A stretch of DNA of 64,000 nucleotides from Azolla caroliniana (taxonomy: Eukaryota; Plantae; Polypodiophyta): NCBI GenBank assembly GCA_043228905.1, contig JBHGNT010000004.1:15500001-15564000 (forward strand). Direction: 5' to 3'. Both the position numbers and the translations under genes were made by a program. Positions within the stretch are counted from its first letter, which is position 1; every line of letters starts with the position of its first letter. Below, one piece after another: positions 23,656-35,688 of this stretch. Below the pieces are notes generated by a model, which saw only the letters and a program-made list of their open reading frames with translations, searched no databases and was not told the origin of the DNA.

Positions 23656-26600
23656 GCGTTCTGGACCGCAATGCCCTCCTTACTTACAATGTGTCCCAGC
23701 AATATTCCACTTGAAACCCCAAAGATGCATTTTGCTGGGTTTAAGCTTAGCCGGTATAACCTACACTTTTCAAGGCATAACCGTAGGTGCTGCAAATGGT
23801 CTTTTCCCCGGCTATAGACTGCAAAATCATCCAGGAAAACTTGCATGAAGGCAGGAATGTATTCGCCGAAGATCTCCATGATGATTCGCTGGAAAGTTGC
23901 TGGTGCCGTTTTTAGGCCGAACATCATGACTTCGGCCACAAACACCCCCCATTCGGTGACGAACGCTGTCTTCTCCTGGTCGTCGGGGTGCATCCGGATT
24001 TGATTGTATCCGCTGAAGCCGTCTAAAAAGCTATAAACGTCATGGCCGGCGACGGCATCCAGTACTCCATCCGTGAACGGAAGAGGGAATGCATCCGTAA
24101 TTGTGGCGGCATTTAGTTTCCTGTAATCTACACACACACGGATTTTACCGTTCTTCTTTGGGACGACGACGATGGGGCTCAGCCACGTCGCTTTCTTTAC
24201 CGGCCGGATGAAGCCCACTCTTAGGAGTTTGTCGATTTCCTCCTTCACTTTGGCGGCGTAGTTGGGGTTCATTCGGTATCGTCTTTGCGCCACTGGTTTC
24301 GCGTCCTTGCCTAAGTGGATCTGATGCTGATATAATTGAGGGTCCAGCCCTCGCATGTCTTCGTATGACCAGGCGAATACGTCGCGAAACTCCGTGAGAA
24401 GTTTGATCATCGCCGCTTTATCTTCCTGCTTCATTTCTTTGGCGATGTGTACCGGCTTTGATTCGTCCTTGCTTCCTAGGTTCACTTCGTCGAGCTGGGA
24501 TGCTTTTACCCGTTGGGAAACGGCCATTTCCCGTTCCAACGCTTCCTGTGCTTGCCGTAATTCCCGAATCGCATCTTTGTCTGGTTCGGCTTCGGTGTCG
24601 TCCCGCTGCGGCAAGTATGCGGCTACGGCTTCAGCTACGTCAATCTCGAAGAGTGGTACGATCTTCGGGTGTTCCTCCAAGTACTGGGCTTCTTCGTCGT
24701 CTGCCAATCCTTCAAGCATGTTCACACATTCCGCATACAGCGGTGTGCATTCCTTACCGTTGCTCGTCCGTGGTTGTGTCGGTACCCGGACCTTGGCTTT
24801 TCCGCGCCGGAAGGTAATCATATTTTTTCGCCAATTTTGCTTGATGTGTGCTGTTTTCAACCATGGTCTGCCCAGCAATAGTGGGTACGCGCCTTGCGCC
24901 TGTAGCTGCAGCACGACAGCCGAGATGTGAAATGTGTGGCCTCCTATGGTGACTTCCAATTTCCGTATTAAGCTCGTCGGCCGTACAGAGCTCGTATCCG
25001 CCATCCGTAGCCAGAACGGGCATGGCTCCCATTCATGTATTCCCAAGGCATCACACGTACGGAGGCTTATTACGTTCACCCCGGAACCTCCATCGATTAC
25101 GGTGCCGGGAAGTTCGTGCCCTTTGACAATAGCTGTAATCGCCGGACTACTAGCGTCCACCACCGTCGGTCCCTCCTCCGTATTCGAGAAGAGGACTGGT
25201 GCCGGTGGGGCTATACCGTCTGTCATGACCGTTTTTAGTCCTTCTGTGAATCGCGGCACGAGCTGCAAGAGTCTTCCTAATGGTAACGTGATCTGACATT
25301 CTTGCAGTGCTTGCCATGTCTCGTTTTCTGGGTGGCTACCGCCGGCACTCCCTATGGTATTCGCCTTTTGCCGTTCCGCGTCCGCGACGTTCCTTTCATT
25401 GGCTTCCTTCACCCATTCCGTCGCCTGTTTTCGTATGGCCTCTTGTGTTTCCCATTCTTTGGCCATGCCTTTCGACCGTGTGGTTACTTGCTGTAAATCC
25501 GCCACTTCCGGAACCACCATATTAACTGCTGGTCGTTTCTCGTAGCTCTTTACCGGGCACTGGTTACTGTAGTGGCCTTCCTGCCTGCAGTAGTAGCAGT
25601 ACTCTTTACGGGTATTGCTGGATTCAGCATTGCTGGTAGCTGGAGTTGGTCCCGTAGTGAGTGGTGCGTTCTGTGCCGGTTGGCTCCTTGGGTTTCCCTG
25701 TTCCGGGTCCCTAGTGTGACCACCTTTCTTGAAATTACGTTTCTTATTATTCTTATTTTTATTTCGGTAGTCCGGTCGTGGTAGATCGTAAAATCGGCCG
25801 TAGTCCTCCTGGTGCCTTCGGTAACCCGGGGAATGGTCTCTGTCGTATTGCTCGTGTCGTCTGTTGGGCTCCCGATAACGGTCCGATCGGTCATACCGGT
25901 CGTAGTTATCACGCCGATTCCCGTACCGGCCATCATTCTCTTGCCTGTCCCCGTACCGGACATCCTGTGCCGGTGGGTACCGGTTCATTCTTTGCCAACG
26001 ATCGTCATCTTCGTCTCGGCTGCTTCTTGGCTCGATCCGTCGGACGGGTGGTGCTTGTCGATTTAACAGGTTGTACTCGCACCGGTCCGTTGTATGACTC
26101 TTGGATTGACAAATCACACACTGAGTGCGCATGGTGCACTCTACTGCCGAGTGTCCGGCATTCAAGCAGATTGTGCATTGAATTGCCTGCCGGAACCGGA
26201 GATCTTCCTCGGTGGGTAACGCCCGTTGCAGTGTTCCCAGCGTAAGCCATGAGCTTGTCTTTTCCATTTCTCTGACCCGGTCAATGACCTGGTCGATGGT
26301 GCATCCTCGAAAGTCGATTACCGTACACACCGTGCGTAACGGTTCCCGGAGTGCGTTTAAAAATATCGTCCGTAATTCCTCCTCCGGGGGTGCACGGGCA
26401 AGCTGGCTATGCATTCGTTGGAAACGGATGATGAATTGGGGAATGCTTTCCCCTGCCTCCTGCCGGATCGTATAAAACAGGCCCACCATTGTCGTCTGGT
26501 CGACCTCCTTGTGGAAAAAATGCAAGAATTTTGCTTTTAATTCTGCAAAGGTTGTGATGGTCGCCGGGTCCTGCGTGCGCCGCCATCGTGTCGCCGGTCC

Positions 26601-27365
26601 CTCCAACGTGACTCCGAATTCCGCTATCTTCGAGCGTTCTTCTTCCTCCGGTGTCATTCGCTGGGACGTGTGATTTGCTTCCCATGTCTGCTCGAAGTCA
26701 TGAACATGCGCTTCCGCGTCCGGGTCATCGCGATACTTTGAGTATTGGAACGGCATGTCGTCGTCCAGTATTAGGCCGCGGTTTAGTGGCGTTTGTTGAT
26801 ATCTTTCCGGTTCTTTTTCCGGTTCTTTTGCCGGTGCTTTTTCCGGTTCTTTTTCCGGCTCTTCTTCCGGTACCTTTGCCGGCTCTTTCGTTGGTGTTGG
26901 TGGCTTTGCTTCTTCCACTTCCGGTGTTGGTGGGTTGACGGCTTCCGTTTGCGGTTCCGGATAGCCCTGGTTGAGCGGTTCCGGTTCTGGAGTCGGCACG
27001 GTATCTGACCCATCGTCTTCCGGGCCGCCGGGGGTATCGTTGCTGCTCCGGTAGTTCGTGTGCACGCTGTATCCCCCTTCGGAATCTGATTCGTAGGCTG
27101 AAAAGGCTTCTGCCTCGTTTTCTCCGCTTGCCAGCGCCTCCAGGAGGCGTTCGGTTTCCCGGAGACTACTTAGACTGCTTCCGTCGTCCTGGTCGCGAGT
27201 TTGCCGTAACCGGAGAGATTCCTCCGCGACTCTCCGGATCTCGTTGGAGAACGAACGATCCGAGCGAATTTCCTGCGCTGCTTGCTGGAAAGTCTCACGC
27301 CGTCTTTGCCGTTCGGCGAGGCGTCGAGCTCGGTCTGTAACCAAGTCGTGCGTTGGTCTAGTCAT
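23595..27365 (-). CDS. Gag-PR-RT polyprotein (1256 aa), truncated before RNase H and integrase
   Basis: Three CX2CX4HX4C knuckles, protease VIDGGSGVN, RT FAWSYEDM...LPF...FLDDF. Homology ends after LLGHIVSKEGIAV. Confidence 0.93.
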   Translation of the reverse strand: MTRPTHDLVTDRARRLAERQRRRETFQQAAQEIRSDRSFSNEIRRVAEESLRLRQTRDQDDGSSLSSLRETERLLEALASGENEAEAFSAYESDSEGGYSVHTNYRSSNDTPGGPEDDGSDTVPTPEPEPLNQGYPEPQTEAVNPPTPEVEEAKPPTPTKEPAKVPEEEPEKEPEKAPAKEPEKEPERYQQTPLNRGLILDDDMPFQYSKYRDDPDAEAHVHDFEQTWEANHTSQRMTPEEEERSKIAEFGVTLEGPATRWRRTQDPATITTFAELKAKFLHFFHKEVDQTTMVGLFYTIRQEAGESIPQFIIRFQRMHSQLARAPPEEELRTIFLNALREPLRTVCTVIDFRGCTIDQVIDRVREMEKTSSWLTLGTLQRALPTEEDLRFRQAIQCTICLNAGHSAVECTMRTQCVICQSKSHTTDRCEYNLLNRQAPPVRRIEPRSSRDEDDDRWQRMNRYPPAQDVRYGDRQENDGRYGNRRDNYDRYDRSDRYREPNRRHEQYDRDHSPGYRRHQEDYGRFYDLPRPDYRNKNKNNKKRNFKKGGHTRDPEQGNPRSQPAQNAPLTTGPTPATSNAESSNTRKEYCYYCRQEGHYSNQCPVKSYEKRPAVNMVVPEVADLQQVTTRSKGMAKEWETQEAIRKQATEWVKEANERNVADAERQKANTIGSAGGSHPENETWQALQECQITLPLGRLLQLVPRFTEGLKTVMTDGIAPPAPVLFSNTEEGPTVVDASSPAITAIVKGHELPGTVIDGGSGVNVISLRTCDALGIHEWEPCPFWLRMADTSSVRPTSLIRKLEVTIGGHTFHISAVVLQLQAQGAYPLLLGRPWLKTAHIKQNWRKNMITFRRGKAKVRVPTQPRTSNGKECTPLYAECVNMLEGLADDEEAQYLEEHPKIVPLFEIDVAEAVAAYLPQRDDTEAEPDKDAIRELRQAQEALEREMAVSQRVKASQLDEVNLGSKDESKPVHIAKEMKQEDKAAMIKLLTEFRDVFAWSYEDMRGLDPQLYQHQIHLGKDAKPVAQRRYRMNPNYAAKVKEEIDKLLRVGFIRPVKKATWLSPIVVVPKKNGKIRVCVDYRKLNAATITDAFPLPFTDGVLDAVAGHDVYSFLDGFSGYNQIRMHPDDQEKTAFVTEWGVFVAEVMMFGLKTAPATFQRIIMEIFGEYIPAFMQVFLDDFAVYSRGKDHLQHLRLCLEKCRLYRLSLNPAKCIFGVSSGILLGHIVSKEGIAVQNAWRPFHFASQEAQKHQDSGS

Positions 27366-27400
27366 CCATTACCGTCGTTCGCTGCGAGAAAGCAGGAATC

Positions 27401-27410
27401 GTGGTCGCCA
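27401..27410 (-). promoter_or_regulatory. PBS, probably tRNA-Arg
   Basis: TGGCGACCAC lies 6 nt inside the 5' LTR and 35 nt upstream of the gag ATG. Same motif at 42440 and 31417. Confidence 0.8.
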
Positions 27411-28132
27411 AAACTGTGTTATTCTCTAGCCGGACAAGGCCTAACACAAGGTGTCACGGAGACACTTCACCAAAGGGTGATTACGGCATAGGATTAAGAT
27501 TCAACGATTACACCGACTTACATAGGTTACACGATTAGAATGCTTCGGTTAATTACACGCGTAAGATATAACAGTAATTACAGAACGGAAATCAAGACAG
27601 AAGTATAAACAACATAAGCTCTATTAATTATCCGCGCCGATTACAATGGGGTCCGGGCCTTTAAATAGGTTTCCGGCCCGTAGTACAAAACGGTGCCTCT
27701 CGCACCTATTCGGGATCCGTCCGGATCTGGAACGGCATACCGTTTCCAGTCCGTCCGTCCACACTATGCTCATTTACAACCATATCTAATTAATTCCTTC
27801 ACTCCGTATTTTGGACTCCTTGCCGGCCGGTAACACGGATCGGCTGAATAAGCTTGAGCCGGTAAGCGAGAGGAATTGGTATGCCGGTGAGCAACCGAAG
27901 CAGTAAGGACCGGTGAGCTGGGGAGCCGGTATGCCGGATCCAATCCGTAACTGGAAGCCTAGTATAGGTTAGACTACTAGGTAGTTATAGTCTCGTAGTT
28001 AGTGTCAGATGCTCATGTGAGCATTGAAGTACACCGTACTTCTAACAGTCCCGTGTGGACTCGTATAAATAGCGTTGATGAGCGCGTTGTAGAAATAGAG
28101 AGCACAGAGTATTCATATAATTTTGGAAAATA

Positions 28133-28183
<51 letters not shown>

Positions 28184-28346
28184 GCGCACACTCTCTCTCT
28201 CTCTCTCTGTGTACTGTTCTTTCTAACGCTTCCGCAAGAAATCTTTCACATGGTATCAAAGCGCGTGGGTTGAGAACCTCTGTTGCAGTCAATCTACGTT
28301 TGTGAAGGAAACCCTAACAGATCGGAAAACAGACACAAAAGGAGAA

Positions 28347-28593
28347 ATGGACAGAGGTATGGCTACGTCGCTCCTGGTGGAGAAGCTCGACAGAACCAAC
28401 TACGCATCTTGGTCATACAAGATGCACCAGTACCTGCTTAGGCATGGCTAATGGAGTTATGTCGACGAAGTGAACGACTCAGCACCGGAGACGACACACA
28501 AGGACTTCCCAGTGTGGGAATAGGCGGCAAGCAGGGTGATGTATTGCTTTGCGTCCAGTGTCGGTGACCAGCTGCTCAGCCATATCCGTGACG
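28347..28593 (+). pseudogene. Copia family A gag N-terminus (continues at 46675)
   Basis: MDRGMATSLLVEKLDRTNYASW...HIRD | AKTPKDAW across the insertion. Confidence 0.88.
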
Positions 28594-29098
28594 TGTTATA
28601 GGTTTTAGGGCTAGGGTAAAGGATGATGATAATCATGATGATTGATGATAAAGATAGACATGGTGGGTGTGATGATGATGGAGAGTATGATGGTGAGAGA
28701 GATCATGAAGAGGTTGAGAAGCATTGAGAAGCATTGTGGGGTGGGGGGTGGTGCCTAGAATGGCTCCACCCCCCTCCCAAGGGGGTTCATTGTTAAGGGG
28801 AGGGAAGAGAGAGAGAAAGAGATGATAAGAGAGATTTAGAGAGAAATTGATTATTGTTGTATTCATTCATTCCCCATAAGGGATTAAATAGGTACAAAGG
28901 GGTAGATCCACAAGGGTGCAAGCCCCCTTGGCATTCACACCTAGTCACTCACTCACACCTCTTTGTATCTACCACACTCACACTTACATTCACACTCATA
29001 ATCGTATAAAATCACACATACATATCAACACATTACATCTTTCACCCTCACTTATCACACTTATCAATCATCCGTACATCTCGTACGGTAACACAATA

Positions 29099-29143
29099 TG
29101 GCACACCTGTGGGAGAGTGCCTTGCACGTCGATCCCACATGCC
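29099..29143 (-). other. tRNA-Arg 3'-half mimic in the PPT position of element X
   Basis: Sense strand reads GGCATGTGGGATCGA-CGTGCAAGGCACT-CTCCCACAGGTGTGCCA-TATTG|LTR. Confidence 0.72.
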
Positions 29144-29185
29144 TTGATCATAATTTTTCTTCAACCGGAATTTCCATCGGTCCTC

Positions 29186-29400
29186 TCAACGATCGACTCC
29201 CTCGATCGGAGCGCTTGACTCGAACATCTCCGTCAATCAGCGACTCTTCTGCGACACGAACATTCTCATTCTGTCGACTTACGAACTTTGGTAACATCAA
29301 CGATTGACTCCCTCGATTGGAGCGCTTGACTCGAACATCTCCATTGGTTAGCGAATCTTCATCGACACGAACATTCCCGTTCTGTCGGTTCATGAACTTC
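29186..29400. repeat. 111-bp-period direct repeat in the X internal region
   Basis: TCAACGATYGACTCCCTCGATYGGAGCGCTTGACTCGAACATCTCC at 29186 and 29297. Confidence 0.85.
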
Positions 29401-32400
29401 GATACATCATTTGGGTCGTCAAAAAAACATTGTATGTATGTGTGTTCTTCTTTATATCTTGTGAGTCGCGTGTGGACCGTGTCCATTTCTTTTAGGTTCA
29501 TGAGTTTTTGAAATTCCGTTGGTGCCTTTCCGTTTTGAAAATTCTAGTATGTACCCTCATGTTTTTAAAAATTTTGCACATGCCCTTAGGTTTTTTCGAA
29601 ATTCCTTGGATGCTTTTTATCCTTCTCTTTTTCTCCCACTCTTTTTTTTTCTTTCAGTTTCATTTTGTTAGGGCGTTTCTTATGTCTCCTCCTCTCACAC
29701 TCTTGCCTCTCTGCAAACCCTAATTTTTCTACTCAATCTTTCTCTTCTTCTTTTTTGTTTCCTCTCTTTGTCTTCCTCTTTTTCTTTCGCTTGTTTTTCT
29801 CTTTCTTTTCTGTTTTTACGTATCGCGTCAGCCTCCTGTTAGGTCTCCGCCTGTGGTGGTGGTTGTTTCGCCATTCCGATCGCTGGCCAGCCATTCTGGT
29901 CGTGTCGGTTACTCCTGCCACTCGATCTCTGTCTTCGGCTCCGTTGTCATCCAGCTGATTGTTTCGGCAATTCCGGCTGTCTATTTAGGGTTTCAAGCCA
30001 CCGTTGCTATCCGACCGCCATAGTGCATTGAGACCATCGTCTGGTCGTTGCTTTCCTTGGTCGATGTTCGGCCGCTAATTTTTGGCTACCGTCATCCTTT
30101 GTCCGGCTATCACCGCTTCATCTGACTTGCCGTTCACTCCGGCCGTCGGTTGTTGTCCGGCCATTAACTGTTCGCTCATATGTCCAACCATTTTCATCTC
30201 CCATCTCTGTGTCCGTCTGGCCCGTCCGGCCGCCTGTCCGGTTACTCTTCTACGGTTGTCCGGTCGTCGGTCCGGCGATCTCCGTCATATGACCCGTTCG
30301 TCCGGCCACCCGGTCCAGTCGACGGTTCGGCTAATGTCTGGCCATCTCTAGTCATTAGCTGTTTAGCCCCCGTTCCGGTTGTTCGTTGTCTGGCCATCAC
30401 CGTTCGGCCACTCTGACGACTGTCTGGCTATTCCAGCCATTGTCCGGCCATTCCGGCCTCTCTACATCTTCGACGCTTGGCCTTGTCCAGGCACCGTTCA
30501 TTGTTGTCTGGCCGCGTCTTTGCCGCCGCTCCTTTTTATGTGTCGCGGCTTGGCAATGTCTACCGGCCATCGGCATCTCCGATCGTTGCTGTTGTCTGGC
30601 TATTGTACGACCGGCAACTCCGGCTGCGGCCGCTGTCTAGTCGTCGTCAGCTGTCTTTTCCATTGCATTGTCTGGTCATCAACCTTGCTTCGGCCGTTAT
30701 GTGTCTTTGTGCATTCCGAAAATCGATCTGGCGGCTGTCGCTCTGGCCACTGCTTCATCCAGCCGTAGGTCTGGTCACTCTCCGATTGCCGCACTTTCGC
30801 CGCTTGTTCCGTCCATCTCCATCACCGTTCTGGCTGTAGTTCGGTTGTGTCTTTTCGGCCGCCTCTGCAACCTTCTGATCATCCTTGCTATTTTGGCCGT
30901 CGTCCATCGCCTTGTCGCCGTCTATTCGGCCCGGTCATTGTTCGTCTCTGTCTTTTTGGTTGTCTCTCACACCACGCTTTCTGGCACATGCACTATGTCG
31001 TTAACCGCACATTTGCACATTGTCGTTTCCATTCTCGTACACTCACATATCGTCATCATTCCGTGACTTCCTCTCAACATTGTCATCCTTTTCGTACATC
31101 TTTGGCACCATTTCTTGGACATTTACGACAAAAACAGACCATACAAAACATACACATATAGATATTAATTTGTTGTAGAATTATGTGGCAATTAATCTTC
31201 CATTTTGGACTTCTTTCGCACATTGTCGTCGCCTTTCGCACAGCATCATCGATTCCATTTTTTTTTTGCACATCCGCATTGCTTCTCCCACATCGTCGTT
31301 GCCATTTGGTGCATGTCATCATCATTTCTTGCATGTCTCTCACATATCATTGTCACTATGCCTCGAATCGCCACGTATTATTGTTTGACTCCATCTCCAA
31401 AAGGGATATCCCATCTTGGTCGCCAAAAACTATGTTATTGCTAGGGCCGAACAACAGCCTAACACAGGGTGTCCACTTAAGACACGTCACCAAAGGGTGG
31501 TACGGTGTCGTGTTGTTACGCGCGTGCGTGGAGAAAGGCGGGACCACGAGGGTCTTGGACCAGGGAGTGTTGGAGCGTAGGAAGTCGGGCTTCACCGTTC
31601 CCGGGGCATCTCAAAAGCACACCGGAAGCAACCGAGGGGAGAGAGAGAGAGAGCGCTTAACACCGACTCACGCACACACACACATGCTGACCCGCCTCGC
31701 GCCCTCATGTACAGGAAACGCAGGAAAGGGGAAAACACCCGACACAAACATAGACGCGAATATACACAGACAGACGCAAACATATATATATGTATAAACA
31801 GAAGAATACATTCCCGGCTTCGAGCCGGACTGAGGTACGTTACAGTAGTCGTCTGCTGCCAAGCCGCCGTTGGGGAGCTCTCAGCTCGTCGCGCCGAGCA
31901 GGGTCTTGCACAGGAGGCCGAACCAAAGCAAAACACGAAGAAGGAGAAGAAGAAGAAGAAGAACCTAACTCTAAACCTAACGGTATACCCTCTAATGCAA
32001 AAATGGGCAACCCCCACAATGGTGCCTTCTCTCTCCTTTTATGGCACAAGGAGGGAAGACCGCTTACAAAAGTGAGACTAAAATATCCCCTTTCACTCAA
32101 AGGGGATATTTGCCTTGATTTGGGGGAGGGTGAGATTGATGGCCCCTTAACTCCCACCTCCTCACAAACAACTAGGTACCTATGTACCGCATAGTACCTC
32201 TCTCTCTCTCTCTCTCTCTCTCGCGTGGATGTGCGTACAACCACATCACCGGCCTACCTTTATTACTATTACAAACACATTATGTACACGTGCAACGTTG
32301 CACATCACTCTTTGGCTCTCGTTGCTCGGGTTTCCGCTTGTGGACGAAAATCTTCACGACATCCGCCCCCACCTAACCGCACATCCTCCGGTATGTGCCA

Positions 32401-33831
32401 AAACATAGGGGAGAGAACACGAGATTTTCGGCCACGACGACCGACCGAGTCCTTAGCGTCCTCGAGGGCCCACCCGGCTTTGTCTTCCACTTCGAGCAAG
32501 ACCACCCCGTCCACACGAACCACCGCCGCCTTCCGGCCCACCATCCTCGCCGAATGGTCTCGAACCGTCGGCGCCATCCGATCCGCCACACTCGACAACG
32601 TTCGCCGAGTTGTTGCCTCCACCCGATCCGCCACGTCCATCGTGGGTCCTTGAACCACCGACTACATCCGACCCGCCGTATCCGATGCCCATGCTTTCCT
32701 CCCCGTTCGGTCCTCCCGAACGCCGTCGCCGATCCGGTTGCTCTTCCTTTGTCCGCCTCGTATATCCTCCGGATGCACTCCCGGTCACATGCCAGATTCC
32801 GCCCTTTGCGTGTCGCACCCCTCGGCGTGCCGACTCTCTCTGCTCCGCGCTTGCCTTCCGTAGGCTTTCCCCGTATGTCGATGTTGCCCTCCGAATGCGT
32901 GCTCATGCTTCGGTCCTTCGATGACCCCATCACGCGTTTTTCGTTTTCCCCTTTTTCACCGTGCTCTCTCGTAGTAGAGCATATCGTCATCCCGACCTCC
33001 GTGGCAGTGTCCCTCGAGGCTCTCGTTATCGCCTCGCCTCGACTTGCGCCCTCTTGGCCCGCTTGGCCTTGTATGCCCTCCGGGAAGCCGCCACGCTTTC
33101 TCTTCCCGGTATGTACCCCGTTGTTCTCCGCGCATCTCCTCCGTTTTCCTAGATACGACTCTCCGCTCATGCCGATCACGCTCGGCCCATGCCGTCGATC
33201 TTGGTGTTTCGCCGCGCCGTCCTTCGTCCCGCGCTTGCCTCTCGAAGGCTTGACCCGACCGTCATCGTCGGTCAATCGTAGTCGCCCATCCGCCGTATGC
33301 ATGCTTGTGTCTTGGCCCTCCACCGGCCGTATTGCATGCGTCTCGTGTCGTGCTTCCGCCGTAGACACGACCTTCGCGTCGGTCTCCAACTCCTCGCCGC
33401 CACCCACCGCGTCTTTGTTCTCCTTTCGATCCGCGACCGCCGATGCCTCACCATTCTCGGTTCACCACTAAGTCCTCGCCTCTCAAAGGCTCAATCGGTC
33501 CACCGTTTCCAATCACTCATTGACGCTCTCTCTGATGCATGCTCGTTCTTGGGCCCTTCACCGACCGTAGTGCATGCTTCGTGTTACGCCCTTCATCCAC
33601 CGTAGACCCGACCTCTGCGTCGGCCCCTTCTTCCTTTGTCAACGTAGCCCGTTCCGACCCAAGCTCGCCATCTTGGACCCGCTCGTCCATCATCTCATAC
33701 CGGATACCCGCTCCGATAACTTTGTCCGCTTTAGCCTCCGACTCCTCGCAGCCACCCGTCGTCTCTCCGGTCTCACGTTGATCCGCAACCGCCGAAGTCT
33801 CTAGAATGGGTGTGGAAGGTCCCTCTCGCTC

Positions 33832-35673
33832 TCAGTCTTCTAGCAAGCCGTGATCACCGTGCCCACTAGGCCTCCTTCTCGCTCTCACCGGCTCCCACCG
33901 TAACCGTACCCGGCCGGCTACGAATCGTTCAAACAATCCCGGTCTTGCCGGCTTCCTTCGGTTCGTGCCCGGTTGACCGGCCCCCGCTTCACTCTTCTTC
34001 CGCTCCGCCTCCCGGACGGGTCGGATTACCGACCGGCTCATCTTTCGGTTGGGTCGGTTCCCGACTCGCTCCTCGATGCCGCTCCGGACCTCTCCTTCGG
34101 TCTTTTCGCACGTGCCAACTCCGGGCCTCTCATCCTCTCGGCCACCGTCCATCTCCCCGGTCTTATGTCCGCGCTCGGGCGCAACCGCCGAAGTCTCCGG
34201 CCCCGGTGTCGAGGGATCTCGCCTCCGTCCGCTACAAACCTCCTCTTCGTCATTTCGGTTGCCGGCCTTGCCGCCGCCACCGTCCGTCTTTCTAGGTCTT
34301 ACACCGGCTCTTGGGCTGGTTGCCGGAGTCTCTAGGACCGGTGTGTGGAAGGTCGCGGCACCGCCGCTCGTCTCTTCTTCTTCCTCGATTTCGCAAGCCT
34401 CGAGTATGCTCGCGAAATCCTCGTAGAACGTTTCGGGCAACCGCGTCCCGAAACTTTCGCCCACTCTCGAAGTGGCGTCCATTGCTCCGTAGATATCGGC
34501 CTCCATGGCCGTCCATTCGCCGCAAGACGAGAGAGTCGCTCTTTCTGCACCCTCTCCCACATCGTCGCCGTCATGGTCGCCCGCCTTGCCGCCGCCACCG
34601 CCCGTCACTCTAGGTCTCACACCGGCTCTCGGGCCGGTTGCTGGAATCTCTAGGCCCGGTGTGCGTAAGGTCGCGGCACCACCGCCCGTCTTCTCCCCGC
34701 TCGATGTTTTGGGCCTCCGTGCCCGAACTCCCTCATGTCCGCTCGAATCGGCGATCGCCGCCTCACCATCCCCGACCTCGTCCTCGGTCGATCTTTCTCC
34801 ACATGTCGAGAGGGCGTTTCGTTCCGCACCCTCTCCCGTGGTACCGTCGTACCGATCTTCTGCCGTCGCGTGGGGCAGGCCCGTCTCCTTGGTCTCAGCT
34901 TCTGGCCTCGATCTTTCCTCTTCCTCGCGCATCGCCTCGAGAGCTGCGTATGCCTCCGCAATCCTGGCCCCAACGCCGATCCTTGCCAACTCTCTTTGCC
35001 GTTCGGCCTCTTCCCGCTGTGATGGCACACCGTCGCGTACCTTCCTCTTAGCCTTCTCGGCTCACTCGTTGTCTAACCATTGGCACACCCTTCCGACCTT
35101 CGACCAGTCCTCCGTAAGCCCACTCGCTCCATCATCGTCTTCGAGCTCAATCCCGATGGCTTCCCGTTCCTTTCGGTCGATCGACCTGACGAACAAAAGA
35201 ACTTTGTCCGCCCCCACCAAACCTTGTTCCCGCTCTGGGAGCCCAGCATGCCGTCGCTCGAACTCCCGGAACGCCTTCGTCGTGCCCCGGTGGGTCTTTG
35301 CCGATGCTACCCACTGGTCGAAGTCGTGTCGTCCCCGGCTTTTCCGCCGTCCTCCGTATGCCTTCAGGAGCGCCTCTTCGAAAGCCTCCCACGAACTATG
35401 AGCCTCTCGGAGCTCCTTTATTTCCGCATGCATCCGGACAGCCACGACCCGACAGAAGAACTCCAGCCTCAACGCCTCGTCTACGCCACGCTCCTCCATT
35501 TCTGCATTGTAGGCTTCCAAGTAAGATGGGACTTTGTCCCCGTTGAAACGGCCGACTCTTTCGACCACTCGCTCAACCGCTTGTTGCGCTGCTTCTCGCC
35601 TCATCACCACTCGTGCCGACTCCAACACCACTTCGGCCACCATCTCCGCAAGGTCGTCGTCTTCCGACTCCAT
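33832..35673 (-). pseudogene. gag capsid-like domain fused to a low-complexity G/E/R/T-rich tail, with one in-frame stop
   Basis: ORFs 35062-35673 and 33832-35028 are in frame across a single TGA. The N-terminus aligns with the gag of 49962-51962 (RVGRFNG/RVGIFEG; DKVLLF/DKVILF; SGLTEDW/SGLIENW). 318-bp internal duplication. Confidence 0.8.
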
Positions 35674-35688
35674 CCTCCCTTGCTGCCT

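Larger units (their letters stand above)
20314..27835 (-). mobile_element. Young Tat/Athila-like Gypsy deletion derivative (element Z)
   Basis: 419-bp LTRs at 20314-20732 and 27417-27835 with no difference found by eye. TSD CGGAT (20309-20313 and 27836-27840). Two long uninterrupted ORFs. Confidence 0.95.

Noticed and set aside
20314-27835. Reading Z as a plus-strand element with its PBS at 20735 and all ORFs antisense
   Set aside because: The TATA box and AATAAA in the homologous LTR (42184-42232), the gag ATG just after TGGCGACCAC, and the gag-PR-RT order all give the minus orientation. No PPT exists in the plus reading either.
20309-28593. CpG targeting by the Arg-primed group (TSDs CGGAT and TGACG)
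   Set aside because: Only two sites, with CG at different offsets, in CpG-rich hosts
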